A stretch of 64,000 nucleotides of DNA from Treponemataceae bacterium (lineage in GTDB: Bacteria > Spirochaetota > Spirochaetia > Treponematales > Rectinemataceae), in assembly GCA_963678065.2 (NCBI GenBank), contig CAXXVZ010000004.1, positions 512,001 through 576,000 of the forward strand. Reading direction: 5' to 3'. Each line of letters starts with the position of its first letter. Position 1 is the stretch's first letter. A program made the position numbers and the translations under genes. Under the pieces are notes generated by a model that was not told where the DNA came from, did not search any database, and saw only the letters and a program-made list of their open reading frames with translations. Shown piece after piece: positions 55,220-64,000 of this stretch.

Positions 55220-57043
55220 TCAGTCCTTGGCGTTCGCGAGAGCTTCGAGTCTCTCGGCGTCCCACTGAGCTTTCAGCTTGTTGTATTCCTCGGTGGAGAC
55301 GGCCTTGGACAGGACGACCTGTCCCTTGAACCTGAGATTAGAAATGCCGAAGGGTGCAAAGGGGCAAGTGAAGGGCTCGAGCTTGGAGGCTTCGAAGCCG
55401 CCGCCGCCTGAGGAGTAGGGAATTATGAAGGCTTCGTTGAGGAGGAAAGCCTCGGCCTTGGCGAAGAGTTCGTAGCGCTTCTTGAGGTTGGTGACTTCGG
55501 CCTTGGCCGCGTCCACCATGTTCTCGTACTTGGGCTTGCCATTTGCCTCGATGTAGCCTGCTGCCTTCTCGGGCCAGTTGTAGTTGGATCCGGTAACGAA
55601 GGGGTCGGTGTAGGTCTCGGGGTCGGCGTAGTCGGGGCCCCAGTTGCACTCCTCCATCGCATAGTTGCCCTTGCGGCGTGTGGCGCCGAGGAATCCGGTC
55701 GAGGGGAAGGAGACGGGGATGACGTCGATGAAGTCCGTGCCAAGGACCGCTTCGAGCTGCTGCTCGACGATCTGGACGCGGTTGGCCCACTCGGTCGATC
55801 CGGCGTTGTAGGGCATCATGATCTTGACGGGGAACTTGGCCTTGTCCTTGAGTTCGGCGAGGGCTTTGCCCTTGAATTCCTGGGCGAGGGCCTTGTTGAA
55901 GGTTTCGGTCTTCGTGACGGCGGCGAGGTCGCCCGTGTCGGTGTAGTCCTTCCCGCCGGCGTTCGCGAAGTTCGCGGGCGTGACCGTGTTCTGGATGCGG
56001 CGCTCGGGAGCGTAGGGCTCGGCGGTGAGCATCGCGGCGCGGCGATCGAAGGCGTGGAAGACAGACTCGCGGAAGCTCTTGTTGTTGACGGCGACTTTCC
56101 AGTTGTCGGGCTCGTACTGGGCTTCGAAGGTGGGATTGAAGTTGAAGGTGTAGAAGTAGGAGTAAGCCGAAGTTTTCGCGGGGCGGACGACGGCCTTCTT
56201 GGCGGAATCTTTCATCCAGCTGTCGAGAAGGGAGCTGGGCAGGGGAGCATACTTGACCTCTCCCCGGAGGAAGAGCTGGGGAGCCAGGGTGGCAGATTCT
56301 TTATTGTATTTGTAAATGAGGCGCTTGATGTAGACATGTTCCTTGTCCCAATACTTGTCGTTGCGGACGAACTCGCGGCCGACCTGGGGCTCGAAGGTGG
56401 AGAGGATGTACGCGCCATTGTAGAGGAGGTTGCGGTTGTCCGTTCCGAATTTGGCTCCCGAGGCGGCCAGGAACTGGCCGTTGACGGGGAGGAAGCAGAC
56501 GTAGGTGAGCATGCTGAGGAAGTAGGGCACCGGCCTCTCGAGAGTGTACTCGAGGGTGTACTTGTCCTTGGCCTTGACGCCGACCTGATCGAAGTCGGAG
56601 ATCTTGCCGTTGTAGTAGTCCTTCGCGCTCTTGAGAACGCCATAGGCTACATCCGCCGTCATGGAGGCGTTTTTCTTGTCGAGGAGGTACTTCATCGCGT
56701 CGACCCAGTCCTGGGCGACGATGTCCGCGATCACCTTGCCCTTGTAATCGACCCATTTGATGCCCTGCCGAAGGTTGAAAGTCCATACGAGGCCGTCGGC
56801 GGACATAGTCCACGACGTGGCGAGGGAAGGCTGCAGGACGCCATACCTGTCATACTCGACGAGTCCGTCAAGGATGTTCGCGATGGCGGTATGCTCGTTG
56901 TCGCCTCCGGTGACGAGGTAGTTGATGGTCGTGAGCTCGCCGGAATAGACGGCGACATAGTCGTCGGACTTCGGCGCGGCAGAAACGGAAAATACCATGG
57001 AGAACGATAACAGAATGAGGGCGGTGCAGGCCAACTTCTTCAT
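55220..57043 (-). CDS. oppA: Oligopeptide ABC substrate-binding protein
   Basis: Signal peptide; DGLVEYD..G...PSLA.SW..SADGL.WTF.LR, LYNGAY, WGPDYADP.TY. Confidence 0.92.
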   Translation of the reverse strand: MKKLACTALILLSFSMVFSVSAAPKSDDYVAVYSGELTTINYLVTGGDNEHTAIANILDGLVEYDRYGVLQPSLATSWTMSADGLVWTFNLRQGIKWVDYKGKVIADIVAQDWVDAMKYLLDKKNASMTADVAYGVLKSAKDYYNGKISDFDQVGVKAKDKYTLEYTLERPVPYFLSMLTYVCFLPVNGQFLAASGAKFGTDNRNLLYNGAYILSTFEPQVGREFVRNDKYWDKEHVYIKRLIYKYNKESATLAPQLFLRGEVKYAPLPSSLLDSWMKDSAKKAVVRPAKTSAYSYFYTFNFNPTFEAQYEPDNWKVAVNNKSFRESVFHAFDRRAAMLTAEPYAPERRIQNTVTPANFANAGGKDYTDTGDLAAVTKTETFNKALAQEFKGKALAELKDKAKFPVKIMMPYNAGSTEWANRVQIVEQQLEAVLGTDFIDVIPVSFPSTGFLGATRRKGNYAMEECNWGPDYADPETYTDPFVTGSNYNWPEKAAGYIEANGKPKYENMVDAAKAEVTNLKKRYELFAKAEAFLLNEAFIIPYSSGGGGFEASKLEPFTCPFAPFGISNLRFKGQVVLSKAVSTEEYNKLKAQWDAERLEALANAKD

Positions 57044-57304
57044 GTCCGATACTCCGAGTGGTTTGAGGATGGTTCTCCGGGAAGACCGGAGACTCCGGCA
57101 ACGCCGGCTTGCGCGCCGCAGCCCGAAGTGGGCCGCGGCATCTCGAAACATTATTTCATCGATTCGGAGTAACGTCAAACCATCTGCCGGCTTTATGCCA
57201 CTATTTCTTGATCCGAGGCGCCGGCCCCGCTAGAATGGAAATGAATGGGAGCCATCCGCGCTGACCGCCGTCTGCGTCATCGAGGCCATTAGAGGAGGTA
57301 GTGC

Positions 57305-57853
57305 ATGAAAACAGCCTGTCTGCTTCTCGCAGAGGGTTTCGAGGAAGTGGAGGCCCTGACTCCGGTCGATTATCTCCGGAGGGCAGGCATCGACGTGAAG
57401 ACCATCGGCGTCACGGGTTCCGTGGTGACGGGTTCCCACGGCATCAAGGTCTTCGCGGACCTGGGGAACCAGGCGGAGGTTGGGGATTTCGACGCGATCA
57501 TCGTTCCGGGTGGCATGCCGGGTTCATCCAATATCGCCGCGAGCTCCGCCGCCCGCGCGCTCATCCTCCGCCATTTCCACGCGGGCAAGCTCGTCGCTGC
57601 CCTCTGTGCCGCTCCGGCGGTGGTACTCCACGGGGGATGCGGCATTCTCGGGGGCAGAAAGTTCACTGGCTACCCTGGATCAGAAGTCAAGGTTTCGGGT
57701 GGAATTTTCACGGCGGGAAGGGTCGTGACGGATGGCAACATCATAACTGCCCGGGCGGCGGGATGCGCGGCAGAGTTCTCCCTGGCCATCATCTCCTTCC
57801 TGGCGGGAGAAGGCGCGGCGAAATCGGTTGCCGCATCCGTTCTGGAACGCTGA
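57305..57853 (+). CDS. DJ-1/PfpI (ThiJ-like) family protein
   Basis: GFEEVE, LRRAG, PGG, ALCAAP (catalytic Cys), DGNIIT. Confidence 0.92.
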   Translation: MKTACLLLAEGFEEVEALTPVDYLRRAGIDVKTIGVTGSVVTGSHGIKVFADLGNQAEVGDFDAIIVPGGMPGSSNIAASSAARALILRHFHAGKLVAALCAAPAVVLHGGCGILGGRKFTGYPGSEVKVSGGIFTAGRVVTDGNIITARAAGCAAEFSLAIISFLAGEGAAKSVAASVLER

Positions 57854-57885
57854 AGCCAGGAAACTGAACCGGACCTTCGGCCCCT

Positions 57886-58362
57886 TCAGCCTTCGGCGTA
57901 GCCGCAGGTCCGGGCTTCGATTTCCGCATCCTCTCCAGACCCCGGCTCGAACTCGGAGAAATCGACGCGCTTGACCACGCGCGGCAGGGAGTCGAGCTTC
58001 TTGCCTTTCTGAACGAAGATGCCCACGACACCGCCCAGGGCGAGGCCCGCGACGCTGAAGAGGACTGCCGGTCCTTCTCCCGAAGCCGGATAGAGGAATC
58101 TGCCGAGAAGATACCCCGCGATGAATACGGCCAAGGGAAGGCCAAGAACCCAGAGGGCGCCCGAAAGCTGCGCCTTGCCCTCGATCTTTATCTCGACCGT
58201 GTCGCCCTCGGCTATACCAAGGCTGTCCCTGTTGTAAGCTTTGACGCCCGTCCGGTTTGTCTTGCAGGTGGAATTCACGCAGGACGCGCATCCTTCCATC
58301 ATCCTGAGGACAACCGTGACAATCTTGCCGTCAATCGCCGTCACTATCCCGTGTTCCGTCAT
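57886..58362 (-). CDS. RseC/MucC family membrane protein
   Basis: M.E.G.V, CxxCxxxxC, GD.V, two C-terminal TM helices with LP. Confidence 0.78.
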   Translation of the reverse strand: MTEHGIVTAIDGKIVTVVLRMMEGCASCVNSTCKTNRTGVKAYNRDSLGIAEGDTVEIKIEGKAQLSGALWVLGLPLAVFIAGYLLGRFLYPASGEGPAVLFSVAGLALGGVVGIFVQKGKKLDSLPRVVKRVDFSEFEPGSGEDAEIEARTCGYAEG

Positions 58363-59152
58363 TGAGAGCCTCCCTGCAGGGAACGCGGACGGTTTCCATG
58401 GACAGGGCCTTTCCGTCATCCCCAATTTCGACGATGCAACCCTGGAGCTCGAGGCCGAGGGTGCCATCTTTCGACCAAGCCGGAATGCCGCTGGTGTATT
58501 CCTTCACCCGCGTTTCGGGATCCTGGCCTCCGACCGAGAGCAAACTACCCGTTCGTCCAGCGTCGGTCAGCGCCGCCGTTCCTTTTGCGCAGAGCCTCGC
58601 GTCCGCGCTCAGAGTCTTGGCATGCGATCCGATGACTGCCGATATCCTTCCGTCGACGTGAAACGCCATGGTAAGTTTTTCCGCTGTCGGCGAGGCGTGG
58701 AAGTCGAGGACCACTGTCTTCGTCTCGCTCTCCAGCCTCCTCACGATCTCGTCGATGGCGTGGAACGGGTTGGCGAGATGGACCCTCGTGAAGCCGGCCT
58801 GTCCGAGAAGCTGGACCACGGCTATATTTCCCGCCTTCGTCTCGAAGATCCGGTATCCCCTGCCGGGATTGCCGAAAGGGTAGTTGGCCGGCCTCACCAT
58901 GAACTGCGCCTTGGGCAGAAAATCGACGATGTCGCGCTTGTAGTACACGCATTCGCCCGTGGTGATGCAGTCTACGCCGAGCTTGTGCAGGTAGGCGGCG
59001 TGCTGCTTCCCAAGACCGGCTCCACCTGTCGCCGAATCCGCGTTGGCGATGACAAAATCGATCCGCTCGTCGACCCTGAGTCGCGGAAGGACCTTCTTTA
59101 CCGTGAAGACGCCGGATTTACCGACAATCTCACCGATGTACAACACTCGCAT
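58331..59152 (-). CDS. YmdB-like metallophosphoesterase with divergent metal ligands
   Basis: G.IVG..G, RPANYP..PG.G, NPF, DFHA...EK, DGR.SA..G.H, TD.G.TG match the YmdB scaffold. Confidence 0.85.
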   Translation of the reverse strand: MRVLYIGEIVGKSGVFTVKKVLPRLRVDERIDFVIANADSATGGAGLGKQHAAYLHKLGVDCITTGECVYYKRDIVDFLPKAQFMVRPANYPFGNPGRGYRIFETKAGNIAVVQLLGQAGFTRVHLANPFHAIDEIVRRLESETKTVVLDFHASPTAEKLTMAFHVDGRISAVIGSHAKTLSADARLCAKGTAALTDAGRTGSLLSVGGQDPETRVKEYTSGIPAWSKDGTLGLELQGCIVEIGDDGKALSMETVRVPCREALNDGTRDSDGD

Positions 59153-59263
59153 GCTCACGAATTCAATGTAATGGAAGGGATCATGAATATTCAATAGAAA
59201 GCTGTCTTCCGAGACCGGTTATAGTCGGGGAAAGCGTCGGCCCGGCGGATACGCTACGAAAGC

Positions 59264-59755
59264 TCACTGCCTTTCGTAGCGCTGGACTTCGTCGTGGACA
59301 TACTCGAGGGCGATGCCGACCGCCCTGAACATGGCTTCGCTCTCGGCTCCGTCGTGATAACGCCGCTCGCAGACGATTCTGACGATGCCACAGTTGATGA
59401 TCATCATGGCGCAGGTCCGGCAAGGGGTCATGCGACAGTATACCGTCGCCCCCTGGATCGCGACACCGCGGCGGGCGGCCTGGCAGATCGCGTTCTGCTC
59501 CGCGTGGACAGTCCGGACGCAGTGCTGTGTCACGCTTCCGTCTTCATGCATGAGTTTCTTGAGCTGGTGCCCCGCCTCGTCGCAGTGGGGAAGGCCCGCT
59601 GGCGCCCCGACATAGCCCGTGGCGAGGATCTGGTTGTCCCGCGCGATGACACAGCCGGAGCGGCCCCGGTCGCAGGTGGCCCTCTTGGCTATTGCGTTGC
59701 AGACTTCCATAAAATATTCGTCCCAACTGGGCCTCTCGTACGATCCTTCACCCAT
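59264..59755 (-). CDS. dCMP deaminase (ComEB-like) family protein
   Basis: RPSWDEYFM, RATC.R, HAEQNAI, PCRTC. Confidence 0.92.
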   Translation of the reverse strand: MGEGSYERPSWDEYFMEVCNAIAKRATCDRGRSGCVIARDNQILATGYVGAPAGLPHCDEAGHQLKKLMHEDGSVTQHCVRTVHAEQNAICQAARRGVAIQGATVYCRMTPCRTCAMMIINCGIVRIVCERRYHDGAESEAMFRAVGIALEYVHDEVQRYERQ

Positions 59756-59980
59756 GCTGCCCCCTCTTTCGCATTCCGAGTGCGTGGAGGGCAAATGATG
59801 GAATCGAAACCTCTTCCCGTCAAGCACGCGACAGGGACAGGCATGGGAAACCGACGGCGAATCTGAGCTGAAAATCCGTTGCCCTCATCCAGCTTTATCG
59901 GTATTCTTCACAGGTCGATGGAACGCCGGCATCCGATATCATTTTTCCGGCATCCTGTCGCAGTCATTCACGGAGGCCTC

Positions 59981-61009
59981 ATGAGCAAGCATCTTCGCGC
60001 GCGGATCTTAGCCGCGCTCCTGTTCGGCATCGTGGCCGCGAACTTCGCGTCCTGCCAGCAAAACGATCTTCCCGACGGTCTGTACGCCAGAATCCACACG
60101 AAGAAGGGCATCATCCTCGCGAAGCTGGATTTCGAAAAGGCCCCGCTGACGGTCGGCAATTTTGTCGGACTCGCCGAAGGCAGCCTCGACGCCACCAAAG
60201 GCAAGCATTTCTACGACGGCCTCAGCTTCCACAGGGTCGTGGCCGACTTCGTCATCCAGGGCGGAGATCCGGCCGGAAACGGCACGGGCGGGCCAGGTTA
60301 CCAGTTCCCGGACGAGCTCTCCGCGGATCTCAAGCATGACGGCGCCGGGGTCCTGTCCATGGCCAATTCCGGCCCCGATTCCAACGGCAGCCAGTTCTTC
60401 ATCACGCTGAAGGAGGCCCCGTGGCTGGACGGACACCATTCCGTGTTCGGCCGCGTCGTCGAGGGACTCGATGTCGTCGCGACGATCGCTCAGGACGACA
60501 AAATGGACAAGATCGAAATCATCCGTCAGGGAAACGCGGCGCGCAACTTCAAGTCCGATCAGGAAGCCTGGAACAGGCGGGTCGCGGATATCCAGGAAGC
60601 ACAGAAAGCCAAAGGCGCCGCTCAGCGCGAGAGCGACATCGCCGCATTCATGGCCAGATGGCCCGGTCTCCAGGTGGACTCCGATGGAATTTACCAGAAG
60701 ACAGTGAAGCCAGGCACAGGCGAAATGGTCCTCAAGGGGCAGAAAGTCTCGGTTCTGTACAAAGGCATGTTCATCGACGGCAAAACATTTGACCAGAGCG
60801 CCCTGCACGGCGGTCCCTTCAGCTTCCGCGCCGGATTAGGCGAGGTCATCGAGGGCTGGGACAAGGTCGTGACCACCATGCGCAAGGGAGAAAAACGGAT
60901 CACGGCCTTCCCGCCGGAGCTGGCCTACGGAATTTCGGGCGCCGGCGGGGTCATTCCGCCGAACGCCTTTCTGGTATTCGAAATCGAAGTCGTCTCAGTG
61001 GCAAAATAG
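59981..61009 (+). CDS. Cyclophilin-FKBP dual peptidyl-prolyl isomerase, putative lipoprotein
   Basis: Lipobox-like [40 protein letters not shown]; then Y.G...DG..FD, VIEGW, PELAYG, IPPN..L.FE. Confidence 0.92.
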   Translation: MSKHLRARILAALLFGIVAANFASCQQNDLPDGLYARIHTKKGIILAKLDFEKAPLTVGNFVGLAEGSLDATKGKHFYDGLSFHRVVADFVIQGGDPAGNGTGGPGYQFPDELSADLKHDGAGVLSMANSGPDSNGSQFFITLKEAPWLDGHHSVFGRVVEGLDVVATIAQDDKMDKIEIIRQGNAARNFKSDQEAWNRRVADIQEAQKAKGAAQRESDIAAFMARWPGLQVDSDGIYQKTVKPGTGEMVLKGQKVSVLYKGMFIDGKTFDQSALHGGPFSFRAGLGEVIEGWDKVVTTMRKGEKRITAFPPELAYGISGAGGVIPPNAFLVFEIEVVSVAK

Positions 61010-61039
61010 CGCAGCACCCGCTCCGGCCTCCATCTGGCC

Positions 61040-61086
61040 GTCATTGGAGTCAGAATCCATGGATCATGGATTCTGACTCCAATGAC
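61040..61086. repeat. Perfect 22-bp inverted repeat with a 3-nt loop
   Basis: GTCATTGGAGTCAGAATCCATG-GAT-CATGGATTCTGACTCCAATGAC. Confidence 0.9.
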
Positions 61087-61211
61087 TCATGGAGAATTTG
61101 CAGATTTTTTGCATTTTTTAGTATTCACATGTTTTCGAGATACGTTAACTTGAGCTAACATTCTCACATAAAACCATAGTAAAAAGCACTGCCCCGGACA
61201 ACATTTGGTTC

Positions 61212-61787
61212 ATGAGTATCAGAGCGAAAACAAACCGGACAGTGCGCGTGACTATGATCGCCGTCGTTCTTGGCATGGCTGCTTTTACTTCTGTCGCCGC
61301 CCAGAGTTCCGGTACAAAGAAAGCCACTCTCAACATCCAGCTCACCGGCATCGTTCCCCGCGTCCTCCGGATGGATCTCGACTTCAGCTCCTCCGGCTCG
61401 GTGGCCATCATCGGCACGATCGGCGGCGGGTCCGCCCGCCCTGGCATGGTCGACCTCTCCGGAAGCGGAACGGCCACGCTCGGAACCGCAAGAATCTTCG
61501 GAAACATCAGTGGCAGCTGTGTCGTCTCGGTTTCTTCCGAGAATGGCGGCAAGCTCCGGGGGCAGACGCCCGGCAACACAGCCGAGTTCGGATACAGGAT
61601 CATCCTGGCGGGAAACAGTTATGACCTGTCCCACGGCAGCGCGAACTACACCAGGGCCGGTTTCACGGGCGATGCAGGGGCTCTCGTTCCCGTCGCGATC
61701 GCGTATTCCGGCCTCGACGGGAGGCCCGCGCCCGAGATCGCCGACCGCTACACCGACAGCATCATGTTTTCCCTGGCGTCGAATTGA
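61212..61787 (+). CDS. Secreted hypothetical protein, fimbrial/spore-coat-U-like subunit
   Basis: Signal peptide (VAA|Q); alternating beta-strand ATLNIQLTG, S.NGGKL, C-terminal YTDSIMFSL. Confidence 0.55.
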   Translation: MSIRAKTNRTVRVTMIAVVLGMAAFTSVAAQSSGTKKATLNIQLTGIVPRVLRMDLDFSSSGSVAIIGTIGGGSARPGMVDLSGSGTATLGTARIFGNISGSCVVSVSSENGGKLRGQTPGNTAEFGYRIILAGNSYDLSHGSANYTRAGFTGDAGALVPVAIAYSGLDGRPAPEIADRYTDSIMFSLASN

Positions 61788-62976
61788 CAGCCTGCCGGCG
61801 CGAAAAACCAGCAACGGATAACCCAATGACACCGAGAAGGAGACTTGTCGTGAAAAAGACCGCCGGGTAGCCGGCGGTCGTGGCAATCACCGCGCCGGCG
61901 GCTGGGCCGAAAGCCATTCCGGCGTTCGAAACGGAGGAGGAAAGCCCATAGGTCGATCCCTGTTTGGTTTTGTCGCAGATATTGGCTATGAGGGCATTCA
62001 CGGTCGGCATCGTGCCGCCCATGAAGAAACCTGACAAGCTCCTGAACACGAGAAGCTGCCAGGGTTCCGTGGCGAACCCTTGTGGTATGTAAAAAACACA
62101 GGATCCGATAATACAGAAAAAAAGTGACCTTCCGTATCCGAACCGTTGGGAGATCTTGCCGACGGTGACGGCCCCGAGCGCGCCGGCCGCGGATGCTACC
62201 CCTATTATTATGCCCGAGAGGGATCCCGTCCCGGTCTGGCCACCCTTCATGTACATCACGATGAGGGGCATGAGCTGTCCGGCTATAGAATTGGCAAACT
62301 GGACCCCGAAAATCGCGAACATGAGCGGGATGAGCGCGGGACTGGCAGTCAGAACGCTGAGATCCGGCAAGGCGTTGCGCAGCACCGATCCGGACTTGGG
62401 CTTCGGGATGAAATCCTCGGTGATGTTCCGCATCGAGATCACCGCCGCGCTCGCCAGAAGAACAGCGGTCAGGAGAAAATTGATCCTGGAACCGGCCACA
62501 TCCGTCACGACGCCGCCGACGAGAGGACCCAGCGAATTCCCCATAAAGACAGCCATCTGCATGAGACCAAGGCGGTATCCCACTTCTTTCTGCGGTACGA
62601 TCCCCGCCGTCAGAACTGTCGCGGCGGCCACCGTGCCCGTGACGCATCCCTGCATGATCTTCAGCGCGAGGACCTGCCAGGGCGCCGTAGTCAGCGCGAG
62701 AAGTCCCATGATGAAAGCCCCGCCGATCATGGCGCGGAGCAACATGAGTTTGCGTCCATAGCTGTCCGCGAGACTTCCCCAGATGGGCGCGAAAACAGCG
62801 AGAGCGAGAGAAGCGAATCCGCTGATGGCTCCCGTCCACCAATTGAGCCGGGCCCTGTCCAGCACGCCGAGTTCCTTGAGGTAGAGGGGTATTATCGGGT
62901 TCGATGTGGCAAATCCCATGATCGCGATGAATTCCGCGAACCAGAGGGCGTTAAATGATCTCCTCCATTTCTCCAT
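61762..62976 (-). CDS. MFS transporter (DHA1/MdtG-like)
   Basis: WRRSF..LW, PIWGSLADSYGRKLMLLRA, G...GPLVGG; about 12 TM segments. Confidence 0.9.
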   Translation of the reverse strand: MEKWRRSFNALWFAEFIAIMGFATSNPIIPLYLKELGVLDRARLNWWTGAISGFASLALAVFAPIWGSLADSYGRKLMLLRAMIGGAFIMGLLALTTAPWQVLALKIMQGCVTGTVAAATVLTAGIVPQKEVGYRLGLMQMAVFMGNSLGPLVGGVVTDVAGSRINFLLTAVLLASAAVISMRNITEDFIPKPKSGSVLRNALPDLSVLTASPALIPLMFAIFGVQFANSIAGQLMPLIVMYMKGGQTGTGSLSGIIIGVASAAGALGAVTVGKISQRFGYGRSLFFCIIGSCVFYIPQGFATEPWQLLVFRSLSGFFMGGTMPTVNALIANICDKTKQGSTYGLSSSVSNAGMAFGPAAGAVIATTAGYPAVFFTTSLLLGVIGLSVAGFSRRQAVNSTPGKT

Positions 62977-63100
62977 GGTCCCCGATACTATACGGCAGAA
63001 GGGGAAAGGGCAACACACAGGGACGGTCAGACAGAAAGGCTCTGCCCTGAAGCTTCCATCCCGCCCGGAGACATCGTATAGTCTTCAGGCGGAGGACTGC

Positions 63101-63517
63101 ATGAAACACGAGATACACTGTGTGTGGAAGGGCGATATGACCTTCGAGGCCGATGTATCGGGCCACAAGGTACTTCTCGACGTGCCCGGAGAAGACGGGA
63201 GCCCGGGCTCCGGCCCCTCGCCCAAAAAGCTTCTCCTCGCGGCCCTCGCCGGTTGTACGGGAATGGACATCGTCTCCATCCTGAAAAAGATGCGCGAGCC
63301 GCTCACGTGGTTCGACATGCAGGTTTCGGGCGAGGTCGCCGATGAGCACCCGAAGCGCTACACCACGTACTCCATCACATACCGCTTTCTCGCGTCGGAC
63401 AATCTCGGCCGCGAAAACGTCATCAGGGCCGCGAGCCTCTCGATGGACAAATACTGCGGCGTCAGCGCCTCCCTGAGTCCGGGCGCGCCCGTAGAGTGGG
63501 CTATAGAGTTCATCTGA
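63101..63517 (+). CDS. OsmC/YhfA family protein
   Basis: GPSP..LLL.ALAGCTGMD.VSIL.KMR, KYCGVS. RBS GGAGG. Confidence 0.9.
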   Translation: MKHEIHCVWKGDMTFEADVSGHKVLLDVPGEDGSPGSGPSPKKLLLAALAGCTGMDIVSILKKMREPLTWFDMQVSGEVADEHPKRYTTYSITYRFLASDNLGRENVIRAASLSMDKYCGVSASLSPGAPVEWAIEFI

Positions 63518-63526
63518 TCGCCCGGC

Positions 63527-64000
63527 CTATATTCTCGACCTCATGACGGCGGCGAGTTCCCCGGAGGAGAGAGCGATGATGGCGTTTCTGTTACTGACAA
63601 CAGCTGCCACACTATCTATCTCTTTTTCCCTTACGCCATAGGCACCGAGTCTTTCGATCCCGGACTCCACGGTCCAGCGCCCAAGCAGGTCGACAAGATC
63701 GCCGGCCACGGCCCCTCTGCGCGCGCAGAGGATTTCCGCGGCTGTGGCCATGCGGGAGAGCAGGCTCTGTGCGATCTCACGTGGCGCCGACTCCGCCTTC
63801 GCGGCGATGGCGGCCAGGGTTGCAGCGAGGAGTGTCCCGCAGGCGACGCCATGCGGGATCGGATGCAAGCTTCCGAGAACTCCGGCCATTCCATGCACGA
63901 CGCCGAGGTCGGCATTGGCGAGGGTGATTCCCGACAGGTATGCCGCGTAGGCCATGTCCATCCGCGCGTCCACATTTCCCGGCTCGACGAGGACAGTGAG
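63527..64000 (-). CDS. Iron-containing alcohol dehydrogenase, C-terminal part (5' end outside the window)
   Basis: AAYLSGITLANADLGVVHGMA...G....IPHG.AC. Confidence 0.85.
   Translation of the reverse strand, partial: LTVLVEPGNVDARMDMAYAAYLSGITLANADLGVVHGMAGVLGSLHPIPHGVACGTLLAATLAAIAAKAESAPREIAQSLLSRMATAAEILCARRGAVAGDLVDLLGRWTVESGIERLGAYGVREKEIDSVAAVVSNRNAIIALSSGELAAVMRSRI

Overview
A gene-dense, GC-rich bacterial chromosomal segment, most likely from a free-living spirochaete (Spirochaetota). This is inferred from the SH3-type lipoprotein, the cyclophilin-FKBP fusion and the divergent YmdB paralogue, and is not proven. It holds about 55 CDSs, two tRNAs (Leu-CAG and initiator Met-CAT, neither with encoded CCA) and one truncated transposase. 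I found no CRISPR array, rRNA, prophage or recognisable defence system. Main blocks: (1) a nucleoside-type ABC transporter, an atypical nucleoside hydrolase and a BtpA/SgcQ gene; (2) glutamine synthetase, Fe-ADH, 5'-nucleotidase, malQ, a DUF4015-type hydrolase and a phosphoesterase; (3) a TRAP/gluconokinase/dehydrogenase/DapA-like cluster with two RpiR regulators and visible HexR-type operators; (4) an MRJP/yellow gene and a LUD gene; (5) a lower-GC sugar ABC/GH78/SDR/DapA-like/XRE block next to tRNA-Met; (6) housekeeping genes including ROK-ppx-ppk1 and a Firmicute Ami-like opp operon. The best candidates for undescribed biology are uncharacterised catabolic modules, especially the hydrolase with altered ribose-5' and leaving-group residues coupled to BtpA. 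All family calls come from motif recognition by eye; no database search was run.
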